Source: Bacillota bacterium (lineage in GTDB: Bacteria > Bacillota > Dethiobacteria > DTU022). Taken from it: 64,000 nucleotides of DNA. Positions 30,902 through 40,735 of the stretch are shown here, in pieces. How positions within the stretch are numbered: the stretch's first letter is position 1; every line of letters begins with the position of its first letter. The translations under genes were made by a program, and so were the position numbers. The notes beneath the pieces are model-generated. The model was given only the letters and a program-made list of their open reading frames with translations. It was not told where the DNA came from and did no database searches. The stretch lies in assembly GCA_033549065.1 (NCBI GenBank), contig JAWSUE010000001.1, forward strand, positions 179,136 to 243,135, given 5' to 3'.

Positions 30902-30910
30902 AATGTTTTT

Positions 30911-31519
30911 TTACATTTCCCTGCGCCCTTCAAGAGCTCTGCTAAGCGTTAAATCATCTGCATATTCAATATCCCCACCAACCGGCAAGCCAAAAGCAAT
31001 TCTTGTAACTCTTATTTCCAGTGGTTTCAAAAGCCTTGCCAGGTAACCTGCAGTTGCATCTCCCTCTACATTTGGATTGGTGGCAATAATAACTTCATTA
31101 ATACCTTCTTCTTCTATTCTGTTCACTAATCTATCCAGCTTAAGTTCTTCCGGGCCAATACCGTCCAAGGGAGAGAGGGCACCATGTAATACATGATAGA
31201 GCCCCCTGTACTGACCGGTTCGTTCAAGGACTAATACATCCCGTGGTTCCTGTAACACACAGATCAAACTTTTATCACGTTTCGAATCCTGGCAATAAGC
31301 GCATCCTTCTTTTTCGGACAAACACCCGCAAACTTCACAAAAGGTGAGCTTATCTTTTGCGTCAACCATCGCCCTGGCTATAGTAACTACTTCTTCCCTT
31401 GAACAGCCAAGTAAGAAAAAAGCCAATCTTTGAGCTGTTTTTGGTCCGACTCCCGGGAAACGGCATAATACCTCGATCAGTCTCTTGAGCGCATTTGGAA
31501 AAGCCATTGACTGTTTCAA
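30911..31519 (-). CDS. recR: Recombination protein RecR
   Basis: HhH 'GVGPKTAQRLA', C4 zinc finger 'CEVCGCLSEKEGCAYC', Toprim. Confidence 0.9.
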   Translation of the reverse strand: MKQSMAFPNALKRLIEVLCRFPGVGPKTAQRLAFFLLGCSREEVVTIARAMVDAKDKLTFCEVCGCLSEKEGCAYCQDSKRDKSLICVLQEPRDVLVLERTGQYRGLYHVLHGALSPLDGIGPEELKLDRLVNRIEEEGINEVIIATNPNVEGDATAGYLARLLKPLEIRVTRIAFGLPVGGDIEYADDLTLSRALEGRREM

Positions 31520-31534
31520 CTGCCTTTCTGATAA

Positions 31535-31855
31535 TTACATCAAGCCGGGAGGAAGACCAAGACCGCCAGCCATTTTCTGCATCTCTTGTGCAACCATTTC
31601 ATCAACTCGATGAAATGCTTCATTGACCGCTGCAATGATCAAATCTTCAAGCATTTCACGGTTCTCCTCAGATATAACTTCCGGATCTATCTGAATTGAC
31701 ACCAGATTTTTCTGGCCGTTGGCAATAACCTTTATCGCACCACCACCGCTAGTACTCTCAACAGTTCTTTTTGCAATTTCTTCCTGAAGCCTGCTCATAT
31801 CCGCCTGGGCTTTTTGCAGTTGTTTCATCATTTTGGCCATACCACCATTGGACAT
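31535..31855 (-). CDS. ebfC: Nucleoid-associated protein YbaB/EbfC
   Basis: 106 aa with 'MMKQLQKAQ...GGGAIKV' family motifs, lying between dnaX and recR. Confidence 0.85.
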   Translation of the reverse strand: MSNGGMAKMMKQLQKAQADMSRLQEEIAKRTVESTSGGGAIKVIANGQKNLVSIQIDPEVISEENREMLEDLIIAAVNEAFHRVDEMVAQEMQKMAGGLGLPPGLM

Positions 31856-31871
31856 TATTCTCCAACTCCTT

Positions 31872-33518
31872 TCAATCGGAATCTATTAATTCACCACCAA
31901 ATAGTTTTACAGCATCTTCAGCGCTTGTTGATTTTTTTACAGCCTCTGATACCTTCCTGTCAGAAATCTTTTCGCTAATATCTTTTTCAGCTGTATTCTC
32001 TGTTTCCTCTGTCAATATTGCTTTAATATGAACAGATTTACGGCAGAACGCAGAGAGCGCATCTTCAACCAATTTACGATGAGCATCACCCATTATTCGC
32101 TCCCGGTGAATAGCATATTCAGGTTTATATGACAGAGAAATCAAATGTCCTTTAAAATCTTCTATTTCTGCCGGTTCCAACCAGGCCGCAGTACTCTTCT
32201 GTTTTCTTTTTAATTGATGAACTATTTCGGGCCAGGCCTCTCTCAATTTATTAAGATTTTCGGTAAGATCAGGAGTAGCTGTTTTTTCAGTTGAATTTTC
32301 ATTTGAGATATAAGCAACCTCAGGTATTTTGCCAAGGTCAGTATCCGAAGAACTTACCGGGGGCTCCTCTGAAAGTTTGGTACTTTCCATTTTGTCCCGG
32401 GATGAAACTTGCTCCACTCTCCCATGTAGAAGCCTGATTAGCCGGATCAGGGCAACTTCAAGAATATACTGCGGAAAATGAGCATGCCGAAGTTCTCCTC
32501 CTACCATATGAAGCATCTCTATAACATCTAAAATCGATTGGCGGGACAATCGTTTTTTATTAACGTGAATAATATCTTCGAACCCATACATACTTACGAC
32601 TGTTTTTTTATCTTCTTTTTCATCTGCCAAAAGCATCCTGCTAAATACAAAAATTAAATCGCGAATAAGCAGCTGTAGATCACGGCCGCTGTATACAATA
32701 TTTTCAAGAGACTCCAAGCCGGTATCCAGATTGTCGTTTACCAAAGATTCAACCAGAGTCCTGATTGTTTCAACCCTGGTGGAACCGGTAACGGCACGAA
32801 CATGATCAGCGGTAATTCGTTCTTCTCCGTATGCAGCAGATTGTTCAAGGATTCCCAATGCATCCCTAAGTGAACCATCCGCCAATCGTGATATCAATAT
32901 CAGGGCATCATCTTCGGCTTTCCATTTTTCCAATTCAAGAATCTGTAATAGCCTTGTCTTAATTTGCTCAAGTGATAAAAGGTGAAAATCAAACCGCTGA
33001 CAACGTGATACAATTGTCGAAGGTAGGCGTGACGGATCAGTGGTAGCCAGAATAAAAACCACGTTTTGAGGAGGTTCTTCGAGGGTTTTTAAAAAAGCAT
33101 TACAAGCCTCGGGTGTAAGCATATGGGCTTCATCTATAATATATACTTTATAGCGGCATTCTCCGCTGGCAAAGCGCGTTCTTTCTCTTAATTCACGTAT
33201 TTCATCAATCCCCCGGTTTGAAGCTGCATCCATTTCAATTACATCTATCGAAACACCGGCTAAAATGTTTTTACAGGTTACACACTGCCCACAGGGTTCT
33301 GCCACCGGATACTTTTCACAGTTCATGGCGCGTGATAATATTTTCGCTGCAGTAGTCTTACCCGTGCCCCTGGGACCACAGAAAAGGTATGCATGGGCCA
33401 GGTTATCCCTCCTGAGAGCATTGCTCAATGTCCGGGTTATATGTTCCTGGCCAGTCATCTCTGCAAATGTCATCGGTCTTTGTCGCCTGTACAAGCTTAG
33501 ATATGGCACCTTATCCAC
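31872..33518 (-). CDS. dnaX: DNA polymerase III gamma/tau subunits
   Basis: 'GPRGTGKTT' Walker A, Zn module 'CGQCVTC', 'SRCQRF' sensor. Confidence 0.9.
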   Translation of the reverse strand: MDKVPYLSLYRRQRPMTFAEMTGQEHITRTLSNALRRDNLAHAYLFCGPRGTGKTTAAKILSRAMNCEKYPVAEPCGQCVTCKNILAGVSIDVIEMDAASNRGIDEIRELRERTRFASGECRYKVYIIDEAHMLTPEACNAFLKTLEEPPQNVVFILATTDPSRLPSTIVSRCQRFDFHLLSLEQIKTRLLQILELEKWKAEDDALILISRLADGSLRDALGILEQSAAYGEERITADHVRAVTGSTRVETIRTLVESLVNDNLDTGLESLENIVYSGRDLQLLIRDLIFVFSRMLLADEKEDKKTVVSMYGFEDIIHVNKKRLSRQSILDVIEMLHMVGGELRHAHFPQYILEVALIRLIRLLHGRVEQVSSRDKMESTKLSEEPPVSSSDTDLGKIPEVAYISNENSTEKTATPDLTENLNKLREAWPEIVHQLKRKQKSTAAWLEPAEIEDFKGHLISLSYKPEYAIHRERIMGDAHRKLVEDALSAFCRKSVHIKAILTEETENTAEKDISEKISDRKVSEAVKKSTSAEDAVKLFGGELIDSD

Positions 33519-33660
33519 ACCTCAGATCTTAATTGGTTCCCGGTTATGTTAAAACTTTTTCTTAGCAGTATATGCCCTAAGATGAAAGCATTGCGATTCA
33601 ATCGAAAGATGCCCAGAGTTTCGGGTAACAGGGATAGCTGAAGCTTTATCATAATATTAA

Positions 33661-33930
33661 AGGCCGTGCACCTGCCTTTGACCGGCAACCCCAGGCGCCT
33701 TCCAGGCAGTTAGCTCCAACCCGGCGCTCCCGTGGCACCCGCAAATACTCACTTACCGCTGCTTCCTTCCGGACCTGACGGGGTTCATAAGCTTGCGCCG
33801 CACGGGACCAGGCCTTCGACACCACTTACCCGGTGCTGACCCTAAAGCTGCACGACCGGGGGCAGGAATTCAACCCCGCTATAGCGGATTGCGGGTTCAG
33901 GGCACCGCTACCTCCCCGTCTAGCACGGCC
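33661..33930 (-). ncRNA. ffs: Signal recognition particle RNA (long Bacillus-type scRNA)
   Basis: Domain IV motif GUCAGGUCCGGAAGGAAGCAGC. Terminal helix GGCCGUGC / GCACGGCC. Overall collinear with B. subtilis scRNA. Conserved position upstream of dnaX. Confidence 0.8.
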
Positions 33931-33943
33931 AAACCAAAAAAAT

Positions 33944-34039
33944 TGGCGGAGAGAGAGGGATTCGAACCCTCGAGACAGGGTTTTGCCCCATCTACTCGCT
34001 TTCCAGGCGAGCGCCTTCGACCAACTCAGCCATCTCTCC
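33944..34039 (-). tRNA. tRNA-Ser (anticodon GGA), long variable arm
   Basis: Minus-strand GGAGAGAUGGCUGAGUUGG...CUCGCCUGGAAAGCGAG...GGUUCGAAUCCCUCUCUCUCCGCCA. CCA is encoded. Confidence 0.8.
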
Positions 34040-34066
34040 ACGCCGGACGAAATACTCAACTGTCAT

Positions 34067-34095
34067 ATTATACAATGAAAAAGCCACCCATTCAA
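34067..34095 (-). promoter_or_regulatory. Sigma-70 promoter (TTGAAT-17-TATAAT) for the tRNA-Ser/SRP RNA transcript
   Basis: Minus strand TTGAATgggtggctttttcattgTATAAT, about 27 nt upstream of the tRNA 5' end. Confidence 0.55.
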
Positions 34096-34167
34096 CTGTT
34101 ACAATTTAACATAAAATGCTTTTACAGAGGTGGCTTAACCAATTAGATAAATATGCAGTTAGCTATT

Positions 34168-35154
34168 TTACGGGTTATAGCAGGCAACCCACTGTCCGTT
34201 TCCAAGATCGGTTCTTTCCGGTTCAACCTCACGGCATATGGGCAATACCCGACTACAGCGGGTATGGAAATAGCATCCACCCGGTGGATTTACCGGGCTT
34301 GGCACATCACCTTCGAGGATTATTCTCTTTCTTTGCCGTTCGACAACAGGATCGGCAATCGGAACTGCAGAAAGGAGAGCCTTCGTGTAGGGGTGCTGTG
34401 GGGTTTTATATAGGTTATCACTGGTCAGCAGTTCAACTATTTTGCCAAGGTACATAACCGCTACCCGGTCAGAAATATATTTAATCATGGACAAATCATG
34501 GGCAATAATCAGATAAGTTAAACCCAGTTCGTCCTGCAGCTTTTCAAGCATATTAATAATCTGAGCCTGGATGGAAACATCTACTGCTGATATTGGTTCG
34601 TCACAAACAATTAAATCAGGCTCAACTGCAAGTGCCCTGGCTATTCCAATACGCTGTCTCTGACCGCCACTGAATTCGTGAGGGTAACGGTTTATATGTT
34701 CGGGGTTCAAACCAACCAGTTCAAGAAGCTGCTGTGTTCTTTCAAGTCTTTCGGATTTACTGCCTGCAAGATGGTGGATATCAATTGGCTCTCCCACTAT
34801 ATCGCCTACGGTCATTCTTGGATTTAGTGAAGAGTAAGGATCCTGAAAGATCATCTGCATCTGACGCCGGTAAATAGCCCATTTATTAGTATCAGCTTTA
34901 ACCAAATCTTCACCTTTATACAGTACACTACCTGAAGTCGGCTTGTAAAGTCCAATTAAAGTCCTGCCAACAGTTGTTTTTCCACATCCGCTCTCTCCGA
35001 CTAAACCAAGAGTTTCTCCATGGTAAATATCAAATGAAACTCCGTCGACAGCCTTGACTGTGAGCGGTTTCCCGATCATACCCGATGTTTTTACAAAATG
35101 TTTTTTTAGATTTACTGTTTCAATCATTTTTTGCCCGGTTAATATGGCTGTCAC
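34168..35154 (-). CDS. oppF: Oligopeptide ABC transporter ATP-binding protein OppF
   Basis: Walker A 'GESGCGKTT', 'LSGGQRQR', and the C-terminal oligopeptide-ABC Cys-rich extension. Confidence 0.85.
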   Translation of the reverse strand: MTAILTGQKMIETVNLKKHFVKTSGMIGKPLTVKAVDGVSFDIYHGETLGLVGESGCGKTTVGRTLIGLYKPTSGSVLYKGEDLVKADTNKWAIYRRQMQMIFQDPYSSLNPRMTVGDIVGEPIDIHHLAGSKSERLERTQQLLELVGLNPEHINRYPHEFSGGQRQRIGIARALAVEPDLIVCDEPISAVDVSIQAQIINMLEKLQDELGLTYLIIAHDLSMIKYISDRVAVMYLGKIVELLTSDNLYKTPQHPYTKALLSAVPIADPVVERQRKRIILEGDVPSPVNPPGGCYFHTRCSRVLPICREVEPERTDLGNGQWVACYNP

Positions 35155-36164
35155 TTTTCAACAACCTCCCTGGAATACCGATCTACTTTTGGAGCCTGGG
35201 GATGTTCAAGCCAGCAGCGGACCTTGTTTGGGCCAAAAGGTTCGGGCATCTCGATATTGCAGATCTCCATTGCGTAGTCACAGCGTGGAGAAAAAGGACA
35301 GCAATTAAAACTCTGCAAAAGATCCGGAGGTTGACCCCAGATGGGAACGAGTTTCTTTGATCGATCCATATCAAGCCGGGGAAGTGAACGAAGAAGCCCC
35401 CACGTATAAGGGTGAGTAGGTGTTTTCAGCACTTCGTCAACTGTTCCGGTTTCAACAATCTGACCGGCATACATAACCATAACGCGATCTGCTATCCCTG
35501 CTACAACGCCCAAATCATGGGTAATCAGGATCAAAGACATATTTAAACGCTCTTTAATCTCTTTGATCACCTCCAGAATCTGAGCCTGAATAGTAACATC
35601 CAGTGCAGTTGTCGGTTCATCGGCAATAAGAAGTTTGGGATCACAGGTAAGGGCCATGGCAATCATCACCCTTTGCCTTAACCCTCCACTCAGTTCGTGG
35701 GGGTACTGCCTTAACCTGGTTTCAGGAGCCGGAATACCGACAAGACTTAATAGAGCTAGAGCATGTTTTTCTGCAGCACTGCTGCTCATAGAAACATGCT
35801 GTCTCAGGCTTTCTATGATCTGGGTTTTCACAGTCAGCACAGGATTAAGGGATGTCATCGGGTCCTGGAAAATCATGCTGATTGTATTACCCCTGATTGA
35901 GCGCATCTGCCGCTCGGATAAGTCAAGGATTTCACGACCGTCAAACATTACTTTTCCATTCGTTATTTTTCCCGGCGGTTCAGGGATCAGTCGCATGATC
36001 GATTGTGCTGTAACACTCTTTCCACAACCTGATTCACCGACTATCGCTAAAACTTCACCGGTATCAAGCTCAAAGCTGACTCCGCGAACTGCCTCAACAA
36101 CTCCGGCATAAGTTTTGAACTGAACATGCAAGTTATCTACCTCTAGTAGTTTACCCACAGCCAT
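35151..36164 (-). CDS. oppD: Oligopeptide ABC transporter ATP-binding protein OppD
   Basis: 'GESGCGKSV' and 'LSGGLRQR' motifs. Confidence 0.85.
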   Translation of the reverse strand: MAVGKLLEVDNLHVQFKTYAGVVEAVRGVSFELDTGEVLAIVGESGCGKSVTAQSIMRLIPEPPGKITNGKVMFDGREILDLSERQMRSIRGNTISMIFQDPMTSLNPVLTVKTQIIESLRQHVSMSSSAAEKHALALLSLVGIPAPETRLRQYPHELSGGLRQRVMIAMALTCDPKLLIADEPTTALDVTIQAQILEVIKEIKERLNMSLILITHDLGVVAGIADRVMVMYAGQIVETGTVDEVLKTPTHPYTWGLLRSLPRLDMDRSKKLVPIWGQPPDLLQSFNCCPFSPRCDYAMEICNIEMPEPFGPNKVRCWLEHPQAPKVDRYSREVVEK

Positions 36165-36170
36165 ATCCTC

Positions 36171-37109
36171 CTATTTACGCATACGCGGATCAAGAGCATC
36201 GCGTAAACCGTCACCAAGAAAATTAAAAGCCAGCAGAGTCAAACAAATTGCTAACGCCGGGAACAAGAGCAGGTGAGGAAAAGAACGAAGTGATGTTAAG
36301 GCGTCTGAAGCCAGCATTCCCCAGCTGGCTCGTGGCGCTGAAACACCAAGACCGATAAAACTTAAAAATGCTTCGGTAAAGATGGCTTCCGGGATTGACA
36401 AAGTTGCAGTAACAATTATCGGACCCATAGCATTGGGTATCAGGTGCCGGAACAATATTTTCCATTTTGGAGCACCAATTGTCTGGGCGGCAAGGGCAAA
36501 TTCCTGTTCTTTTAAAGATAAGATTTGACCCCGGACTATTCTGGCCATGGGTAACCAGAAGACGAGACCGAGTGCGATGAAGATACTGTAGAGTCCGGCA
36601 CCACCTCCGGTTGCCGGGAATAGTTCCCTGAAGAGAACCATGAGCATAATGACCCAGAGTAGAAATGGTATGCTGTACAATATATCGACAATTCTCATCA
36701 TTACATTATCCACTTTCCCACCAAGGTAACCGGATATCCCCCCATAGATTACCCCGATAAAAAATGTAGTTATGGAAGCAACAAATCCAACGGCAAGGGA
36801 AATCCTCGCTCCGTGCATTACCCTGACCAGCTGATCTCTACCAAGTGTATCTGTACCAAACCAGTGTTCAGCGCTCGGCCCCTGGTTTCTGCGATCAAAA
36901 TCCTGGTCGGAATAAGTATATTGGGATAAGAAAGGCCCGATCAATGCCACGATCAAGAGCAGAACAATAAATGCCAGACTGACAATGGCAACCGGGTTTT
37001 GCTTCAAGCGCCGCCAGGCGTCCTGCCAGTAGGTAATACTGGGGCGCACCATTTCAGCTTGAACAGTTTTTTCTGCAACAGGCCTGAATAATTCTACAGG
37101 GTACTGCAT
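36171..37109 (-). CDS. oppC: Oligopeptide ABC permease OppC
   Basis: C-type permease ending 'LGDGLRDALDPRMRK'. Confidence 0.85.
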   Translation of the reverse strand: MQYPVELFRPVAEKTVQAEMVRPSITYWQDAWRRLKQNPVAIVSLAFIVLLLIVALIGPFLSQYTYSDQDFDRRNQGPSAEHWFGTDTLGRDQLVRVMHGARISLAVGFVASITTFFIGVIYGGISGYLGGKVDNVMMRIVDILYSIPFLLWVIMLMVLFRELFPATGGGAGLYSIFIALGLVFWLPMARIVRGQILSLKEQEFALAAQTIGAPKWKILFRHLIPNAMGPIIVTATLSIPEAIFTEAFLSFIGLGVSAPRASWGMLASDALTSLRSFPHLLLFPALAICLTLLAFNFLGDGLRDALDPRMRK

Positions 37110-37112
37110 AGC

Positions 37113-38054
37113 TTACTCCTTCCCACCCAGAAGTTTAATCCGTGGATCAATCATTGTATAAGCAAAATCAACGAACATATTCAACCCGATTAAAAGAATG
37201 CTGTAAAATATGGTCAACCCGAGAATAACTGTATAATCCCTGTTGTATATGCTTGTTACAAAGTGTTTGCCCAAACCTGGGATGGCAAATATGTTTTCAA
37301 CAATAAAGCTACCGGTTAAAATTGCTGCCAGCAAGGGCCCGGAATAGGTTATTACCGGGATGATCGCGTTTTTTACTGCATGAATCCAGATGATACGCCA
37401 GCGGGGAAGTCCCTTGGCCAAAGCTGTTCTCATATAATCCTGGTTCAGGACATCGAGCATGCTGGAGCGGGTCAGGCGGGCGATAAAAGCAGTAGGCAGT
37501 CCGGCAAGTGCCATGGCCGGCATGATTATATGTTGTGGGGTACCCCACATTGCTGCCGGAAGCAAGCCCCATTTAAAAGCTAAAAAGTACATTAATAAAG
37601 TACCTAAAATAAAACTGGGAACAGATATTCCGATGGTTGAGAAAAACATGGTGATATAATCGGGAATCCTGCCCTGGTAAAGCGCGGCAAGAATACCGGC
37701 GCCCACTCCGACGATTATTGCAATGGTAAAGGTAAGCAAACCGAGCTGCATTGATATCGGGAACCGTTCGGCAATAATTCCGTTTACAGTCTGGCCGCGG
37801 TATTTAAAAGAAGGACCGAGATCACCTCTCACAACATGGCTGAGATAATCAACATACTGAATATGAAGCGGTTGATCCAACTTGTAACGGGCTTCAATAT
37901 TCGCCTTTATGGCCGGAGGAATTGCTTTTTCTGTTTGGAAAGGTCCACCTGGAATAGCATGCATAAAAACAAAGGTAACAGTTATAACAATCCAAACAGC
38001 AAAAATCGCTGATAATATTCGTCGAATAAGGTAGCCAAGCATCGGTGCAGGCAC
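37113..38054 (-). CDS. oppB: Oligopeptide ABC permease OppB
   Basis: B-type N-terminus 'YLIRRIL' and C-terminal 'IDPRIK'. Confidence 0.85.
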   Translation of the reverse strand: MPAPMLGYLIRRILSAIFAVWIVITVTFVFMHAIPGGPFQTEKAIPPAIKANIEARYKLDQPLHIQYVDYLSHVVRGDLGPSFKYRGQTVNGIIAERFPISMQLGLLTFTIAIIVGVGAGILAALYQGRIPDYITMFFSTIGISVPSFILGTLLMYFLAFKWGLLPAAMWGTPQHIIMPAMALAGLPTAFIARLTRSSMLDVLNQDYMRTALAKGLPRWRIIWIHAVKNAIIPVITYSGPLLAAILTGSFIVENIFAIPGLGKHFVTSIYNRDYTVILGLTIFYSILLIGLNMFVDFAYTMIDPRIKLLGGKE

Positions 38055-38132
38055 CTCCAGAGGTAAATAAGAGGTATACCGAGGAGAATTAACGGCCCCT
38101 GGTATACCTCTTTAAGCTTATTTCAAATGGGT

Positions 38133-39761
38133 TTATTTCTCAATATAAGCAGTCTTAAAGTCCAAACCGCCTACGGCTGCTTTGCTGTAACCTTTCACAT
38201 AATCTTTAATCATAATCGGTAATGTATAGTAATAGATTGGTGCTATTGGCATCTCTTCCATCAGGATGTCCTCAAGCTGGTGCATCATTTCCATGCGGGC
38301 AACTTCGTCATCAAGCATCCGCACCTCGGTTAAAATGCGATCGTAATCTGCATTGCTCCAGCGGGAGTTGTTGTTACCACCACCAGTTACCCACATATCG
38401 AGGAAGGTGTAGGGGTCGAGGTAATCACCAATCCAGCCGGCGCGGGCGATCATGAAGTCACCCTCGTCACGGGTATTCAAATAAACCCCCCATTCCTGGT
38501 TAGTCAGGGTTACATTTTCAATGCCCAGGTTCTGCTTCCACATTTCCTGAATGGCCTCAGCTATTAATTTATGCATTTCAGAGGTGTTGTATAGAATTTC
38601 CACTGAGGGGAATCCAACCCCATCCGGATAGCCCGCATCAGCAAGCAGCTGTTTGGCTGTTTCCGGATCATAAGTGAAATAATCGCCACCGTTTTCACGG
38701 AAGTCACTGCCGTCAGCTTCGGGAATTCCACTCGGCACATATGCATATGCTGGAAGCTGGCCACCCTGGGTTACATTGGTAACCAGAGCATCCCGATCGA
38801 TCGCCAGGGTTAAAGCTTTCCGGACCCTGACATCATCAAGCGGCGGCTTTTCAACCTGGAAGATGTAGTAGTAGGTACCGAAATAGGGGAAAATATAAAG
38901 CTCACCGGTTTGCTGTAGACGTGGTATTTCAGGTCCGGGTACGGTATGGGTAACATCAATTTCACCGGTTTCATACATAGTCAGTTCGGTGCTCTCATTC
39001 TCGACCATTGTGAAGACCAGGCGGTCCAGAATAACGGCATCTGCATCATAGTAATTTTCATTGGGTACAAAATCCATCTGACCCTGGGCCCAGCTTTCGA
39101 GTTTAAATGGCCCATTACCAATGATTGTATCAGCGCTTAGATGCCATCCTTCCGGGTCCGCTTCTATGGCCGGTTGATACAATGGATAGTATGTTTTAAA
39201 TGCTACCAGTGACATGAAAAACGGTGTTGGCGCTTCAAGGGTAACCTGAAGGGTTTTCTCATCAAGCGCTTCGACCATTACGCCATCTACACTGCCTGTT
39301 CCGGTATTATATGCTTCAGCTCCTTTAATATAGTAGAGCATGTAAGCATAATCAGCAGCCAGTTCAGGATCAAGAGCACGCTTCCAGGAAAGCTCAAAAT
39401 CTTCGGCTGTCAGCTGTTCGCCATTCGACCAAACCAGACCATCGCGAAGATGGAAGGTGTAAATCAGATCATCCTCACTGACTTCGACAGATTCGGCAAG
39501 GGCCAGTTCAGGTAAGCTGTCATTATTTAACCTTGCCAACCCTTCATAGATCTGAAGCATTATGGTTGCTTCCGGAACTCCGGTAGAAAGATGTGGATCC
39601 ATTGTTTCCGGCTCAGTTCCCACATTATGCACAAGGACCATTTCCTCGCCAGGTGCGTCTCCGCCATCTCCACCATCCCCGCCGGTATCACCGCCGCACC
39701 CGGATGTTAACAAAACCACACTTAGCAATAGAGCGATCAGTAAAAATGAAAAACGTTTCAA
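38133..39761 (-). CDS. oppA: Oligopeptide-binding lipoprotein OppA (SBP family 5)
   Basis: Lipobox 'LTSGCGG', acidic Gly/Asp linker, family-5 solute-binding protein conservation. Confidence 0.85.
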   Translation of the reverse strand: MKRFSFLLIALLLSVVLLTSGCGGDTGGDGGDGGDAPGEEMVLVHNVGTEPETMDPHLSTGVPEATIMLQIYEGLARLNNDSLPELALAESVEVSEDDLIYTFHLRDGLVWSNGEQLTAEDFELSWKRALDPELAADYAYMLYYIKGAEAYNTGTGSVDGVMVEALDEKTLQVTLEAPTPFFMSLVAFKTYYPLYQPAIEADPEGWHLSADTIIGNGPFKLESWAQGQMDFVPNENYYDADAVILDRLVFTMVENESTELTMYETGEIDVTHTVPGPEIPRLQQTGELYIFPYFGTYYYIFQVEKPPLDDVRVRKALTLAIDRDALVTNVTQGGQLPAYAYVPSGIPEADGSDFRENGGDYFTYDPETAKQLLADAGYPDGVGFPSVEILYNTSEMHKLIAEAIQEMWKQNLGIENVTLTNQEWGVYLNTRDEGDFMIARAGWIGDYLDPYTFLDMWVTGGGNNNSRWSNADYDRILTEVRMLDDEVARMEMMHQLEDILMEEMPIAPIYYYTLPIMIKDYVKGYSKAAVGGLDFKTAYIEK

Positions 39762-39951
39762 ATCAAGAACCCCCCTAAAATTTGAATTGCAAAACCTTTC
39801 AAGTTTAGCAATGCCGTCCCCGCATCACCTCCATATAAGCGAATCCAGCAAATACAGTAAAGAGGTTCAATCAGCTAGATTATCCTCCTTTTGTGATCAT
39901 TATGCAATATTATTTCAAAAGACAAATATTAATTACATTTTTAAGTAAAGT

Positions 39952-39983
39952 AAAGGGATTGCGGATATAACCGCAATCCCTTT
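39952..39983 (-). terminator. Perfect 13-bp stem hairpin downstream of tRNA-Ser(CGA)
   Basis: AAAGGGATTGCGG-atataa-CCGCAATCCCTTT. Confidence 0.5.
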
Positions 39984-39998
39984 ATCCATAGTGCTTGT

Positions 39999-40089
39999 TG
40001 GCGGAGAGAGTGGGATTTGAACCCACGGTGCCTTTCGACACACACGATTTCGAGTCGTGCGCCTTCAGCCGGACTCGGCCATCTCTCCA
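39999..40089 (-). tRNA. tRNA-Ser (anticodon CGA)
   Basis: Minus-strand GGAGAGAUGGCCGAGUCCGG...CACGACUCGAAAUCGUG...GGUUCAAAUCCCACUCUCUCCGCCA. Confidence 0.8.
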
Positions 40090-40175
40090 CAATAGTCAGT
40101 TAGCAACACATAAAATATTATATCAGTTAAGACATCTTTGTAAACCCGCAGACGTTATCAAACATAATAAGATAA

Positions 40176-40628
40176 TCATTCTCTTTTTTCACGGAAAAAC
40201 TCCTTTAAAAGCCCGGAACACTCTTCCTCCATGACCCCACCGGTGACTTCCATGGTATGATTCAGTCGGTCATCCTGCACAATATTCAGAAGAGTCCCTG
40301 CTGCTCCTCCTTTTGGATCATGAGCACCGAATACCAGTCGATCAATACGGGCTAATACCAATGCTCCAGCACACATGGGACATGGTTCCAGGGTAACATA
40401 TACCGTACAACCCGGCAGCCGCCAACCAGCAAGCATATTGCCTGCCTGGCGTATCACCAGAACCTCGGCGTGAGCTGTAGCGTCATTCAGTTCTTCTCTT
40501 CTGTTACGGTCTGCTGCAAGTATTTTACCATCCTGGACGATGACAGCTCCAATCGGCACTTCTCCACAACGACCAGCAAGTATTGCCTGATCAACTGCCT
40601 GGCTCATGTAAAGTTCGTCTTTTGTCAA
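40176..40628 (-). CDS. tadA: tRNA-specific adenosine deaminase
   Basis: 'HAEVLVIR' and 'TLEPCPMCAGA' CDA zinc motifs. Confidence 0.9.
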   Translation of the reverse strand: MTKDELYMSQAVDQAILAGRCGEVPIGAVIVQDGKILAADRNRREELNDATAHAEVLVIRQAGNMLAGWRLPGCTVYVTLEPCPMCAGALVLARIDRLVFGAHDPKGGAAGTLLNIVQDDRLNHTMEVTGGVMEEECSGLLKEFFREKRE

Positions 40629-40735
40629 CTTAAATCACCACTATCACCTATTATAGCATTCCACAAAGAGAGTGATCAAAAAAGCCCTTTTATTAAAGGG
40701 CTTTCCTGGCAAGATGATACTTAAAGATAAAATTT

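Noticed and set aside
34085-34140. AAGCCACC ... GGTGGCTT inverted repeat as the oppF terminator
   Set aside because: The arms are separated by a ~41-nt loop, too long for an intrinsic terminator. The right arm is better explained as the spacer of the tRNA-Ser promoter.
33793-34457. ORF-track reading frames (33793-34146 +, 33826-34059 -, 33833-34078 +, 34116-34457 +, 34153-34413 +) as protein genes
   Set aside because: They overlap the SRP RNA, tRNA-Ser and the tRNA promoter, or the 3' end of oppF. Their translations are low-complexity or Arg/Pro-rich with no domain signal. The RNA gene calls explain the sequence.
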